Under the pieces are notes generated by a model that worked only from the letters and a program-made list of their open reading frames with translations, was not told where the DNA came from and searched no databases. A DNA stretch of 64,000 bases from Candidatus Abawacabacteria bacterium. Its GTDB lineage: Bacteria; Patescibacteriota; Gracilibacteria; RBG-16-42-10. Location: NCBI GenBank assembly GCA_016207805.1, contig JACQZO010000020.1, positions 35,634 through 99,633 of the forward strand, written 5' to 3'. Positions 20,504-30,992 of this stretch are shown in pieces. The position numbers and the translations under genes are program-made. The first letter of the stretch is position 1; the number at the start of each line of letters is the position of its first letter.

Positions 20504-21247
20504 ATGCAGGATTTTTTTATCATTGATGATGTCAAAGTGTTTGGGCGAAAAGTAGATGATGTGGCAATCAGAGATATCGATAATATCGTGATTACTCAAG
20601 AGAGCTTATTACATGTGGTAAGACACTTCTCACAACTTAGTCAACAAAGCAGAAAAAGTTTATTAGAGAAAAAGCATGATACTGAAAGGCAGATAGAAGT
20701 TACGGAAAAAATGATCGATGAATTGCTGCATACTGCTGGCTCCAAATTTCATCCTCAATTACAAGATTTGCATTACGTACTTTCATGCTTACTTAGCTAT
20801 ACTAAAGGACATGTTACTGCTGGCCTTAAGGCTCCTTGGATAGAGTTTTCTTCTTTGCCAGGAGAATACTATACAGAGATTCATTTCACTATTACATCTG
20901 AACAAAAAGAAGAGTTAGGACTATCACAAGACGAATTCATAGGTACACTAGGAGCTGTACCAATCAATGAAGAAAATATCGCTTTTGTTCAGCCAGAACA
21001 AAGAGGAGCAGGAGATAAAGCTGATGATATTATTGTGAATATAATTAAAGAATTAGATCCACCACTGACTGATACCATTACTATCGGCTTAGCAAAAAAC
21101 CCTGAAACATTAGTAGTACGACTAACTACTATCTTTACTTCCGATGGCAAGTTTTCGCCGCTATTTCCTAATGCCGAAAAGCAGTCACCAGAGGAGTTTG
21201 CCTATAATAAACAATGGTGGGAACAATACGCCTTTTTTAAGAGCTGA
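20504..21247 (+). CDS. Hypothetical protein, 247 aa
   Basis: Intact ORF with normal composition; no family recognised. Confidence 0.75.
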   Translation: MQDFFIIDDVKVFGRKVDDVAIRDIDNIVITQESLLHVVRHFSQLSQQSRKSLLEKKHDTERQIEVTEKMIDELLHTAGSKFHPQLQDLHYVLSCLLSYTKGHVTAGLKAPWIEFSSLPGEYYTEIHFTITSEQKEELGLSQDEFIGTLGAVPINEENIAFVQPEQRGAGDKADDIIVNIIKELDPPLTDTITIGLAKNPETLVVRLTTIFTSDGKFSPLFPNAEKQSPEEFAYNKQWWEQYAFFKS

Positions 21248-21270
21248 GAGCTAAGAGCTAAATGCTAAGA
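21241..21270. repeat. AGAGCT(A/G) heptamer arm overlapping a stop codon
   Basis: gagctgagagctaagagctaaatgctaaga. Confidence 0.75.
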
Positions 21271-21345
21271 GGTGTTTATGTAAATATTTAGCTTTGGCTT
21301 TAGGGACCAAATGAATTATGCTACTAGCAGGCATAATTTCATTGT

Positions 21346-22953
21346 ATGAATCAAAACTGTACTCAATGCCACAACAGTTTCCTCATCAGTGATCATGATA
21401 GTGCTTTTTATCAGAAAGTTTCACCGGAAATAAAAGGTAGCAAATACATTGTTCAAAATCCCCAGCTTTGTCCTGATTGTAGACAAAAGCGACGACTTCG
21501 CTTTAGAAACGAAAGGCATTTATATGCACGGCATTGTGATTTGTGCCAAAAAGATATCATTGCTCTTTATCCTCAGAGCACTTCTTTTCCCGTTTATTGT
21601 CCTAACTGTTGGTGGAGTGATAATTGGGATGCTACTCAATACGGTCTCGCCTTTTCCCCACAATCTGAAGTTTTTTCTCAGATCAAAACATTATTTCATA
21701 CTGTACCCAGAATATCGCTGATCAATATTGAAAGTGAAAATAGTACCTATGCCCATGATGCTAGTCACAATAAAAATTGCTATTTAGTTTTCTCTGCTGC
21801 TCACTGCCAGGATTCGCTCTATCTTACCGACTGTGGTTTTATTAGAAATTCTTTAGACTGTTATTGGTGTCTGGATTGTGAATTGTGCTACGAGGGCATT
21901 TCGCTCACTAAATGCTATCAAACTTTCTTTAGTATTCATTGCCATAATTTAAACTTTTCCTATTTTTGTTTTGATTGTCACAATTGCAACTATTGCTTTG
22001 GTTGCTTCAATCTGAATAACAAAGAATATTATATTTTTAATCAACCGTATACCAAAGAAGCTTATCTGCAAAAGTTAGCTCAATATCAAAAGCAGCTAAG
22101 CACTTGGTCGGGCAATCAACTTCTCTGCAATGAAGTGAAGATCTTTTGGCACAAACAACCACACAAGTATGCTAACACTAATATAATCGACAATTGCACT
22201 GGCGATTTCTTAGTGAATTGTAAAAATTGCCAAGATTGTTTTAATGTCGTAAATAGTCAAGATTGCAAATACTTATACGATAATCACACTCTCAAAGATA
22301 GCTATGATTGTAATATTTCCGGACAGTCTGATCTCCTCTATAATTGCCAAAGCTGTTGGGGATTTATGAATATTTGCTGTAGTTTTTCAGCTCATTGCAG
22401 TAATCTCTATTATTCAGATAGCTGCTTTTATTGCGAAAATTGTTTTGGTTGTGTAGGCCTGAACCACAAAAAGTATTGCATCTTTAATAAGCAATATACG
22501 AAAGAAGATTTTGATCGGCTTGCACCACAATTAATTCAGTTACTGGTAGATAAAAATGCTTGGGGTGAGTTTTTCCCAAGCGAGATTGCCCCGATAGAAG
22601 AAAGTGATTCCGTACTTCAATATTACTTTCCCCCGACTGATGAAATCCCAATTGATGAGATAGTAGGGCATTCTTCTTTAGAGTCCATTCTCACTCATGA
22701 ACAAAGCTGTAGAGCCTGTAGTAAAAAGTATCTCATTATTAAGCAAGAAGAAGATTTTTACTATCAGCATCAACTCCCATTTCCGCCACTATGCCCCACC
22801 TGTAGACATAAAAGGCGCATGCAGCAAAAAAATCCACGAAAATTGTACAGTAGACACTGCCAGCAATGTCAGCAAGCAGTGTCATCTTCATACCCGGATA
22901 TTGATCCTAGAGTAATTTATTGTGAACAATGTTATGCCCAAAGTGCTCTATAA
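21346..22953 (+). CDS. Cys-rich zinc-ribbon/solenoid paralog 10
   Basis: 535 aa; sister of paralog 7 (SHNKNCYL, shortened segment after the FFP motif). Confidence 0.92.
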   Translation: MNQNCTQCHNSFLISDHDSAFYQKVSPEIKGSKYIVQNPQLCPDCRQKRRLRFRNERHLYARHCDLCQKDIIALYPQSTSFPVYCPNCWWSDNWDATQYGLAFSPQSEVFSQIKTLFHTVPRISLINIESENSTYAHDASHNKNCYLVFSAAHCQDSLYLTDCGFIRNSLDCYWCLDCELCYEGISLTKCYQTFFSIHCHNLNFSYFCFDCHNCNYCFGCFNLNNKEYYIFNQPYTKEAYLQKLAQYQKQLSTWSGNQLLCNEVKIFWHKQPHKYANTNIIDNCTGDFLVNCKNCQDCFNVVNSQDCKYLYDNHTLKDSYDCNISGQSDLLYNCQSCWGFMNICCSFSAHCSNLYYSDSCFYCENCFGCVGLNHKKYCIFNKQYTKEDFDRLAPQLIQLLVDKNAWGEFFPSEIAPIEESDSVLQYYFPPTDEIPIDEIVGHSSLESILTHEQSCRACSKKYLIIKQEEDFYYQHQLPFPPLCPTCRHKRRMQQKNPRKLYSRHCQQCQQAVSSSYPDIDPRVIYCEQCYAQSAL

Positions 22954-22967
22954 TTTTACCACTACAC

Positions 22968-23384
22968 TTACTTTAGTGATTCCACGTATTTTTTAAAGTT
23001 ATCTAATATCGCTTGCCAACCAGTTCGTTGCTGCTCTTCACTATGGGTATTTTCCATTTCAAATGTTTCAACTATTTTTGTTCCATCTCCTTCAGTAGAA
23101 AATACTACCTGCACTTTGCGCCCATCATCAATAGTATATTCAATAATTTTATGTTCTTGAACATCAGTATATTGTCCAGTGAAGTCAAAACTAGAAGATA
23201 AATCTTTTGCACGCATAGTTGAAGAAAACCGTCCCCCAACTCGTAAGTCATTGTGAGCTTCTGGACATTCCCAATCATCCTGAGCAAAGAGCCATTGGCA
23301 AATATGGGCAGGTTCTACCCAACATTGCCAAACCTTTTCTACTGGAGCGTTGATACTAATTTCTACCGTAATACTCTTCGCCAT
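22968..23384 (-). CDS. SRPBCC/AHSA1 (START-like) domain protein
   Basis: INAPVEKVW...P.HI.QW...DLRVGGRF...GWQAILDNFKKYVE. Confidence 0.9.
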   Translation of the reverse strand: MAKSITVEISINAPVEKVWQCWVEPAHICQWLFAQDDWECPEAHNDLRVGGRFSSTMRAKDLSSSFDFTGQYTDVQEHKIIEYTIDDGRKVQVVFSTEGDGTKIVETFEMENTHSEEQQRTGWQAILDNFKKYVESLK

Positions 23385-23405
23385 AAATTTTTTAGTTAAT
23401 TCTAA

Positions 23406-23843
23406 TTACACTTTACTAGCACAATTAAACATCCATTGCACACCATACTTATCAGTACAAGTACCGAAGTAGTCCCCCCAAAACATTTCTTGCAAGGCCA
23501 TTTCTACTTTACCCCCAGCTGATAAAGCAGCAAACAGTTTATCTGTTTCAGATCGAGTATCGGGTTCCAGATTAATATAGATATTATTGCCAAACTTCAC
23601 TTGAAAACCCATTGATTCTGGTGCATCAGTACCCATTAACAAATGTCCCCCCAAGATAGGGAGCGCAATATTCATAATCAGATTCTTGTCTTCTTCTGCC
23701 ATGGGTGGTTGACCTGGTTGCACAGGTACCTCAGAAAACCGGCTTACTTTACCCTGGAATTCTGTACCAAATACACTTTTGTAAAAATTAAAAGCCTCCT
23801 CCGTCTGTCGAGTAAAATTGAGGTAAGTACTGACGCTAGCCAT
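23406..23843 (-). CDS. VOC/PhnB-family (glyoxalase superfamily) protein
   Basis: YLNF...EEAFNFYKSVFG...LMGTD...MFWGDYFG..TDKYGVQWM. Confidence 0.9.
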   Translation of the reverse strand: MASVSTYLNFTRQTEEAFNFYKSVFGTEFQGKVSRFSEVPVQPGQPPMAEEDKNLIMNIALPILGGHLLMGTDAPESMGFQVKFGNNIYINLEPDTRSETDKLFAALSAGGKVEMALQEMFWGDYFGTCTDKYGVQWMFNCASKV

Positions 23844-24090
23844 AGAAATTTAGTTATGAAATAAACCGGACTTTCCTACAGTACTTTCTCCCTAAAAAGA
23901 GTGCAAGAATATTTTAAGACTCTCCACAAACAGGCTTGTTGTAAAAAACTTTCTACAGATTTTCAAAGAGAAAGTAATAGCTTTAGTTAGCGAAGAATGA
24001 TCAAACAGACCAGGCTAGACGTATCGGTCACTGTTTACAGTTATTCACGACATGCTATACTGCACATAGTTACAAAACAATTTAGCATTT

Positions 24091-25743
24091 ATGGCAAGCA
24101 AACAATACGCATGCCAGGACTGCTCTGCTCTTTATTTTGTCTCAGACAAAGAGCAGGCTTTCTTGAACAAGCTGCAAATTCCCAATCCAGTAACTTGTTT
24201 CGAATGTGGCCAAAAACAACGTTTGAGCTTTAGAAACAGTAGTTCCTTATACAATCGTAAATGCGATCATTCAGGAGAGGCAATTATTTCTATTTACGCT
24301 CCCGACAAACCATATAAAGTCTATAAAAGTGACTATTGGTTTAGTGACAAATGGGATGCAGCTGATTATGGCCAAGAAATTGATTTTTCTCGTCCTTTGT
24401 TCCCTCAACTAAAAGAGTTGCAACTTAAAGTGCCCCGGTTAGCATTGTTAAACTTTAATGCAGAAAACAGTGATTACTGTAATTCCACAGTTGGTAATAA
24501 AAATTGTTACTTAATTTTTGGTGGAGACCACAATCAGGATTGTCTATTTGGGAATCTCAGTATGCACAATGAAAAAGTAGTAGATAGTGATGTCAGCAAT
24601 CAGAACAAAGTATGTTACATGATGAGTGACTGTACCAATTGCTATCAGTGCCAATTTGCTTTCGACTGCAAAAGTTGCAGTAATTGTTTTTTCATTAGCG
24701 ACTGTAGCAATTGCCAAGACTGTATTCTTTGCACCAACCTTCATAACAAACAATTTTGTATTAACAATGAACAATTAAGTAAAGAGGCTTATCAACAAAA
24801 AGCAAATGAACTTTTAAATGGCAGCAGAAAGATGCAAAAAGAGCTAATGGAGCAATTTCAATCTTTACGGAGTACACGCACTGTAAAATTCTCTCATATG
24901 GTTTCATGTGAAGATTCCAGTGGGGATTATCTGAAAAGTTGTAAGGGATGTCACAATTGCTTCGACTCTTCAGAAAGCGAAGATCTATCGAATGTTATCT
25001 TTGCTACTAAAGCTAAAGACACTCATAACTCAAGCATGCTCGGTGATCAAACTGAGCTTAGCTATGATATTATCAGCACTTCAAATTGTTATAATTCTAA
25101 ATATTCTTTTGGTGTCTTAGATAGCTCCAATGTGGAGTATTCTGATCTGGTTTTGAATTGCCATGACTTATTTGGCTGTGTGTGTTTGAAAGGAAAAGAA
25201 TATGCAATTTTAAACAAAGTATATTCTAAAACTGACTTCAATATACTACGCAGTAAACTAATAGAGCACATGAAGAAAACTGGTGAATGGGGAAAGTTCT
25301 TGCCCAAAGAACTTTCTTGCTTTGGTTATAATGAATCTTGTGCCCAAGAATATTATCCCTTAACAAAAGAAGAGGCTCTAAAGAGCGGCTTTAGTTGGTA
25401 TGAAAAAGACAATTCTAATAGCTATCAAGGACCTGATGTGATTATTGCCGATAATATCAAAGACATAACAGACAGCATTACCAAAGACATTTTAACTTGC
25501 ATTACTTGCCATCGAAACTACCGTGTCGTGCCGCAAGAACTGAGTTTTTATCGTGAACAAAACATTCCTGTACCACAAAGTTGTTATGCGTGCCGCTACA
25601 AATTTAGACAATCTCTACGCAATCCACGTATTCTCTGGGATCGTACTTGTATGAATTGCGATATAGCACTAAAGACTACCTATGCTCCGGAAAGAAGCGA
25701 AAGAATTTTGTGCGAAGCTTGTTATTTAAAAGAAACCTATTAA
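24091..25743 (+). CDS. Cys-rich zinc-ribbon/solenoid paralog 11
   Basis: 550 aa, family motifs. Confidence 0.93.
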   Translation: MASKQYACQDCSALYFVSDKEQAFLNKLQIPNPVTCFECGQKQRLSFRNSSSLYNRKCDHSGEAIISIYAPDKPYKVYKSDYWFSDKWDAADYGQEIDFSRPLFPQLKELQLKVPRLALLNFNAENSDYCNSTVGNKNCYLIFGGDHNQDCLFGNLSMHNEKVVDSDVSNQNKVCYMMSDCTNCYQCQFAFDCKSCSNCFFISDCSNCQDCILCTNLHNKQFCINNEQLSKEAYQQKANELLNGSRKMQKELMEQFQSLRSTRTVKFSHMVSCEDSSGDYLKSCKGCHNCFDSSESEDLSNVIFATKAKDTHNSSMLGDQTELSYDIISTSNCYNSKYSFGVLDSSNVEYSDLVLNCHDLFGCVCLKGKEYAILNKVYSKTDFNILRSKLIEHMKKTGEWGKFLPKELSCFGYNESCAQEYYPLTKEEALKSGFSWYEKDNSNSYQGPDVIIADNIKDITDSITKDILTCITCHRNYRVVPQELSFYREQNIPVPQSCYACRYKFRQSLRNPRILWDRTCMNCDIALKTTYAPERSERILCEACYLKETY

Positions 25744-25745
25744 CC

Positions 25746-25809
25746 AGAGCTGAGAGCGAAGAGCTAAGATAGAAAAATTCTCAGCTCTCAGTATTTAGCT
25801 CTTAGCTCT
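25746..25809. repeat. AGAGCT(A/G) heptamer inverted repeat (hairpin) at the paralog 11/12 junction
   Basis: agagctgagagcgaagagctaaga ... tctcagctctcagtatttagctcttagctct. Confidence 0.85.
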
Positions 25810-25817
25810 AACATCCT

Positions 25818-27488
25818 ATGTACAGTACTTGCCCACAATGCTACTCACAATTCGCCATCACCCAGGATGATCTAGACTTTTATGAAAAAGTTTCTCCTGT
25901 GATTGCAGGAAAGAAATATCTTATTCCTGAACCAACTCTTTGTCCACCCTGCAGGCAGCAAAGACGCATGGCCAGAAGGAATGAGCGAAAGTTATATAAT
26001 AGAAAGTGCAACTTTTCAGGTAAACAAATTATTTCTATTTATTCATCTGATTCTCCATATAAAGTATATGAAAGCAAAATATGGTGGAGTGACGAGATTG
26101 ACGCTAAGCAGTATGGACAAAGCTTTGACTTCTCTCGCCCATTCTTTGAGCAATTTTATGAATTACAACAGCAGGTCCCTCGTCCTTCGCTTTTCAATAA
26201 AACAGTAGAGAATAGTGAATATAGTAACCATGCTGATCAACTGAAAAGTTGCTACTTAATTATGAATGGTGGCTTGTGTGAGAATTGTATGTATGGCAAT
26301 TGGATTGTATCTGCCAAAGATTGCGTCGATTGTTCCTATATTGAAGGCTGTGAGTTATGTTATGAAACAAGTTATAGCGTCAATTGTTATAATTGCCATT
26401 TCTCCATACATTGTGAAAACTGTTCTGACTCGACTTTTCTCTATGATTGCAAAAGTGTACAGCACTGTACTATGTGCGTTGGGCTCAGAAACAAAGAGTA
26501 TTGTATTTTGAATCAACAATACTCAAAAGAAGAATATGAACAAAAGTTAACTGCATTACAGTTGCATTCTTTTAATCGATTACAATCAGCTAAAGAACAA
26601 TTTCAAGAATTATTGCTCAAGGCCCCCCATCGGTCACAATTTATCGTTAATAGTGAGAACTGCAGTGGAGAAAATATTTATAATTGCCGCAATGCTGAGC
26701 AATGTTTTTATGTTCATAATTCTCAAGATACTAAATATTGCTACAACTCTTTAGGAATTACTGACGGTTACGATGTCTATGAAACTGGTATGGAATGTGA
26801 ATTGCAGATTGAAACTCATGCTATGAATCGTTCCAAAAATGTCGGCTTCTCTAGCGCATCCTATGACAATAGCAATATTTGGTATTGTGACCTTTGTCAT
26901 AATTCTCAAAATCTATTTGGCTGTATTGGATTAAAAGGAGAAAAGTATTGTATTTTGAACAAACAGTATAGCAAAGAAGAGTACGAAATACTGGTTCCTC
27001 AAATTATTGTTCACATGCAAGCTACTGGCGAATGGGGTGAATTTTTTCCTATACCTCATGCTCCTTTTTCTTATAATGAAACTCTAGCCAACGAAGCCTT
27101 TCCCATGACAAAGGAAGCGGTATTAGCAAAGTCTTGGCTTTGGCATGAAGACAAGCTCGGCAGCACATATCAAGGTGAAGTTGTGAAAGTTCCCGATACC
27201 TCTGCCGAGGCAACAGATACTTTTATTGAAAAGATTTTGACTTGTGAAAAGTGCCAAAAACATTATCGCCTGATCAAACAAGAACTTAACTTCTACCGAG
27301 AACACCTGATTCCCATTCCCCATTGCTGCATTGAATGCCGTCACCGTCATCGCACAGCAGAAACAAATCGAATTACTCTTTTTTCGAGGAATTGTGCCAA
27401 GTGTAAGAAAACAATTGAAACAACTTATCCACCAACAGCTCCAGAAGTTATTTACTGTGAAGACTGCTATTTAAGACATACCTATTGA
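25818..27488 (+). CDS. Cys-rich zinc-ribbon/solenoid paralog 12
   Basis: 556 aa, family motifs. Confidence 0.93.
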   Translation: MYSTCPQCYSQFAITQDDLDFYEKVSPVIAGKKYLIPEPTLCPPCRQQRRMARRNERKLYNRKCNFSGKQIISIYSSDSPYKVYESKIWWSDEIDAKQYGQSFDFSRPFFEQFYELQQQVPRPSLFNKTVENSEYSNHADQLKSCYLIMNGGLCENCMYGNWIVSAKDCVDCSYIEGCELCYETSYSVNCYNCHFSIHCENCSDSTFLYDCKSVQHCTMCVGLRNKEYCILNQQYSKEEYEQKLTALQLHSFNRLQSAKEQFQELLLKAPHRSQFIVNSENCSGENIYNCRNAEQCFYVHNSQDTKYCYNSLGITDGYDVYETGMECELQIETHAMNRSKNVGFSSASYDNSNIWYCDLCHNSQNLFGCIGLKGEKYCILNKQYSKEEYEILVPQIIVHMQATGEWGEFFPIPHAPFSYNETLANEAFPMTKEAVLAKSWLWHEDKLGSTYQGEVVKVPDTSAEATDTFIEKILTCEKCQKHYRLIKQELNFYREHLIPIPHCCIECRHRHRTAETNRITLFSRNCAKCKKTIETTYPPTAPEVIYCEDCYLRHTY

Positions 27489-27513
27489 ATACAGAGTAGT
27501 CGATTCCAGATTC

Positions 27514-27544
27514 ATTTATAATTTGTAATTCGTAATTTGTAATT
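27514..27544. repeat. ATT(T/C)GTA heptamer arm before a start codon
   Basis: atttataatttgtaattcgtaatttgtaatt. Confidence 0.8.
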
Positions 27545-27547
27545 AAT

Positions 27548-29233
27548 ATGACCCAATCCTGTAAACATTGCCAACAAAGCTTCACCATCACTCAAGATGA
27601 TTTAAATAAAATCGCTCATCTTTCCCCTACTATTGCAGGTATTAAATTAACTCTACCACCACCGAAACTTTGTCCTGAATGTCGCAAACAAAGAAGAGCA
27701 ACCTATAGGAATGAACGGAAGCTCTATCACAGGAAATGTAATCATTGCCAGAAAGAAATTATTTCTGTCTATGCACCAGAAAAACCTTACAATGTCTTCT
27801 GTCTCACTTGTTGGTGGGATGACAAACATAATCCTGCTGATTATGGTCAAGAGTTCGACTTCAGTAGACCTTTCTTTGCTCAATATGATGAATTACTTAA
27901 GAAAGTCCCGCTACCAGCTTTAATTTCTTCGCCTGATGCTGAAGAAAATAATTGCTCGTATATCAACTATGCCGGTAATAGCAAAAATTGCTACATGACA
28001 TTTGATGCTGATTTTAATGAAGATTCATATTATTCCAATATCTTGAAACATTCTAAGAATTGCATGGAATGTTCTTCACTGCAGGAATCTGAATTATGTT
28101 ATGAGACATTAATATCCACGGGTTGTTATCATACCTTCTTTTCTCAAGAACTTACCAATTGCCAAGATTGTTACTTTCTCAAAAACTGTATTGGCTGTCG
28201 TAATTGTTTGCTTTGTGTGAATCTTAACCACAAAGAATATTGCATCATGAATAAGCAATACACTAAGGAACAATACTTAGAGTATATGAGCAAGATAGAT
28301 TTGGGTGATCGCAAGACTATTCAAGCATTAGAACAAGAACTAGAAAAACTAGCGGCATCAGCACCTCATAAGTTTATTCATGGCGTAAACTTAGAGAATT
28401 GTACCGGAGACTATATGGTCAACGCTAAAAATTGCCAGAATTGTTTTATGGTGGGAAATGTAGAAGATCTCACCTACTGTGACTCACTTTATCGAGCAAA
28501 AGACTGCATGGATGTCTCCTCCTTTGGCGAACAATTAGAGCGCGCCTATGAAACTGTTTCCAGCGGTATCAATGCCTACGAATTACAATTTTGCCAAGTT
28601 TGCGCCACCAATACCTATAATCTTCAATACAATTATGGCTCCAGAAATAGTAAAAATAGCTTTGGCTCAGTAGCCCTAAAATCGAATGAATACTGCATTC
28701 TTAATAAGCAATATACAAAAGACACATATGAAAAGTTAGTGTCTAAGATTGTTGAGCATATGAAGAGCACTGGTGAATGGGGTGAATATTTCCCGATGTC
28801 TATTTCTCCCTATGCTTACAATGAAACAGTAGCCAATGAATTCTTTCCCCTAAGCAAAGAACAAGCTCTTAAACTGGACGCTACCTGGAAAGAAGAAGAT
28901 CTGATGAATCGTTATGAAGGCCCTAAAGTGGTAGTGCCAGAAAATATCAAAGATGTTTCGGAGCAAGTTTTAAAACAGATACTTACCTGCGATAAATGTG
29001 GCAAAAACTATAAACTCATTGCCCAAGAATTAAAGTTTTATCAAGAACAAAAACTACCTTTACCAATATGGTGCTTCAATTGTCGTCATGAAAAAAGGAT
29101 GAGCAAACGAAACCCACAACATTTATGGGATCGCAATTGTAGCCAGTGCAATACCTCATTAAAGACTAGCTACTCTCCTAATCGCCCAGAAAAAATCTAC
29201 TGCGAGCCTTGCTACCAAAAACTAGTTTTCTAA
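27548..29233 (+). CDS. Cys-rich zinc-ribbon/solenoid paralog 13
   Basis: 561 aa; sister of paralog 2 (EDLTYCDSL, SSFGE, GSRNS, ALKSNEYC). Confidence 0.93.
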   Translation: MTQSCKHCQQSFTITQDDLNKIAHLSPTIAGIKLTLPPPKLCPECRKQRRATYRNERKLYHRKCNHCQKEIISVYAPEKPYNVFCLTCWWDDKHNPADYGQEFDFSRPFFAQYDELLKKVPLPALISSPDAEENNCSYINYAGNSKNCYMTFDADFNEDSYYSNILKHSKNCMECSSLQESELCYETLISTGCYHTFFSQELTNCQDCYFLKNCIGCRNCLLCVNLNHKEYCIMNKQYTKEQYLEYMSKIDLGDRKTIQALEQELEKLAASAPHKFIHGVNLENCTGDYMVNAKNCQNCFMVGNVEDLTYCDSLYRAKDCMDVSSFGEQLERAYETVSSGINAYELQFCQVCATNTYNLQYNYGSRNSKNSFGSVALKSNEYCILNKQYTKDTYEKLVSKIVEHMKSTGEWGEYFPMSISPYAYNETVANEFFPLSKEQALKLDATWKEEDLMNRYEGPKVVVPENIKDVSEQVLKQILTCDKCGKNYKLIAQELKFYQEQKLPLPIWCFNCRHEKRMSKRNPQHLWDRNCSQCNTSLKTSYSPNRPEKIYCEPCYQKLVF

Positions 29234-29270
29234 TTTCTAATTTGTAATTCGTAATCCGTAATTTGTAATT
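29231..29270. repeat. ATT(T/C)GTA heptamer arm filling the paralog 13/14 spacer
   Basis: taatttctaatttgtaattcgtaatccgtaatttgtaatt. Confidence 0.85.
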
Positions 29271-29273
29271 CTT

Positions 29274-30929
29274 ATGACCACCAATTGCCATCAATGCCAA
29301 AATGCTTTCACGCATACTCCCGAAGACCAAAAGTTCTATACATTATTTAATGTACCAGCTCCTAAGACTTGTCCTAGTTGTCGTATGCATCGCCGCATGA
29401 TGGAACGTAATGTCAAAAGTCTTTACTACCGCAAATGTGATCTCACTGGAGAGCAAATTATTTCACAGTATCATAGTAATGTGCCATTTCCTGTCTATCA
29501 AACAAGTGCTTGGTGGGGAGACGGCTGGGATGCTAGTCAATATGGACAAGACTTTGATTTCTCTCGCCCATTTTTTGAGCAATTGAAAGAGTTACAAAAT
29601 AAAGTACCTCGTGTTGCTCTATGGATTATTCCCACCCTAGAAAATAGTGATTTCACTAATAATACAGGCTATTTAAAGAACTGTTATTTGATCATGGAAA
29701 GTGATTACGACGAAGATTGCTACTATTCCAATTTACTTAAGAAGTCTAAAAATCTCTGTGATTGTTCAGTCTGTTATGAAGCTGAGCTTTGCTATGAATG
29801 TATTGATTGCCAAAACTGCCATGAACTGCGTTATTCACAAGATTGTAAAGGCTGCCAAAATAGTTGGTTCTTAAACAATTGCCAAAGCTGTAAGGATTGC
29901 ATTGGTTGTATCAATCAACGCCATAAGCAATACATGATTTTCAATCAGCAATATAGCAAAGATGAATATGAAAAAATCAAAGCTGAATTAGCTTTACACA
30001 CTAGAAGCGGGGTAAAAAAAGTAGCCGAAAAAGCAAAAACACTTTTCTTATTGCATCCTTATAAAAATGTTAGCAGTGAAAAAGTAGAGAACTGCATTGG
30101 TGACCATCTCTATAATGCTAAAGATTGTTACTTCTGCTTTGATTGTAAAGACATCGAAGATGCCCGTTACTGTACCAAACTTTCTTTGCAGGTAAAAACC
30201 TGTATGGATTATAGCTCTTGGGGCGACAAAGCTGAGCTGGTTTATCAATGTAGCTCCAGTGGCGATGGTGCTTACAATATCAAGTTCTGCACCACCTGTA
30301 CCACCAATGTCCGGGACTTAGAATATTGCGATCTCTGTACTTCATCATCTGATTTATTTGGTTGTGTAGGTATGAAGAAAAAACAATATTGTATTCTTAA
30401 TAAACAATACTCGAAGGATGAATACTTTGCGCTCAAAGCAAAAGTTATCGAACACATGAAAGTAACCGGTGAGTATGGAGAATACTTCCCTGCGGCTAAT
30501 TGTCCCTTCGCCCACAATGAAACCATGGCCCAAGACTTTTTTCCTTTAACTAAAGAAGAAGCACTAGCTCAAGGATATCGCTGGCATGATGAAGACACGA
30601 CCAATCGTTACCAAGGCACTCAAGTAACGGTACCTGAAACCAGTGAAGAAGTTTCTGATGATATCACTAAGCATATTCTTACTTGTGCTACTTGTGGTAA
30701 GAACTACCGTTTCATCATCCAAGAATTACGACTATATCGTCAATTAGGAGTACCACCACCAGTACAATGTTTCGATTGTCGCCACAAAAGAAGAATCAAT
30801 GCGCGCACCCCATTTCAAATTTGGCAAAGAGATTGTGCTAAGTGTCAGCAAAAAATGTACAGCAGCTATGCCCCAAACAGACCAGAAATTGTTTACTGTG
30901 AACAGTGTTATCAAGAAACGGTTTATTAA
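29274..30929 (+). CDS. Cys-rich zinc-ribbon/solenoid paralog 14
   Basis: 551 aa, 42 Cys by hand count; family motifs. Confidence 0.93.
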   Translation: MTTNCHQCQNAFTHTPEDQKFYTLFNVPAPKTCPSCRMHRRMMERNVKSLYYRKCDLTGEQIISQYHSNVPFPVYQTSAWWGDGWDASQYGQDFDFSRPFFEQLKELQNKVPRVALWIIPTLENSDFTNNTGYLKNCYLIMESDYDEDCYYSNLLKKSKNLCDCSVCYEAELCYECIDCQNCHELRYSQDCKGCQNSWFLNNCQSCKDCIGCINQRHKQYMIFNQQYSKDEYEKIKAELALHTRSGVKKVAEKAKTLFLLHPYKNVSSEKVENCIGDHLYNAKDCYFCFDCKDIEDARYCTKLSLQVKTCMDYSSWGDKAELVYQCSSSGDGAYNIKFCTTCTTNVRDLEYCDLCTSSSDLFGCVGMKKKQYCILNKQYSKDEYFALKAKVIEHMKVTGEYGEYFPAANCPFAHNETMAQDFFPLTKEEALAQGYRWHDEDTTNRYQGTQVTVPETSEEVSDDITKHILTCATCGKNYRFIIQELRLYRQLGVPPPVQCFDCRHKRRINARTPFQIWQRDCAKCQQKMYSSYAPNRPEIVYCEQCYQETVY

Positions 30930-30968
30930 TTCTGAATGCAGAATGCTGAATTCTGAATTTAATTCAGC
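30928..30968. repeat. GAAT(T/G)CT heptamer arm after a stop codon
   Basis: aattctgaatgcagaatgctgaattctgaatttaattcagc. Confidence 0.8.
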
Positions 30969-30992
30969 ACCTTGCACTAAATTGATTCTTCT

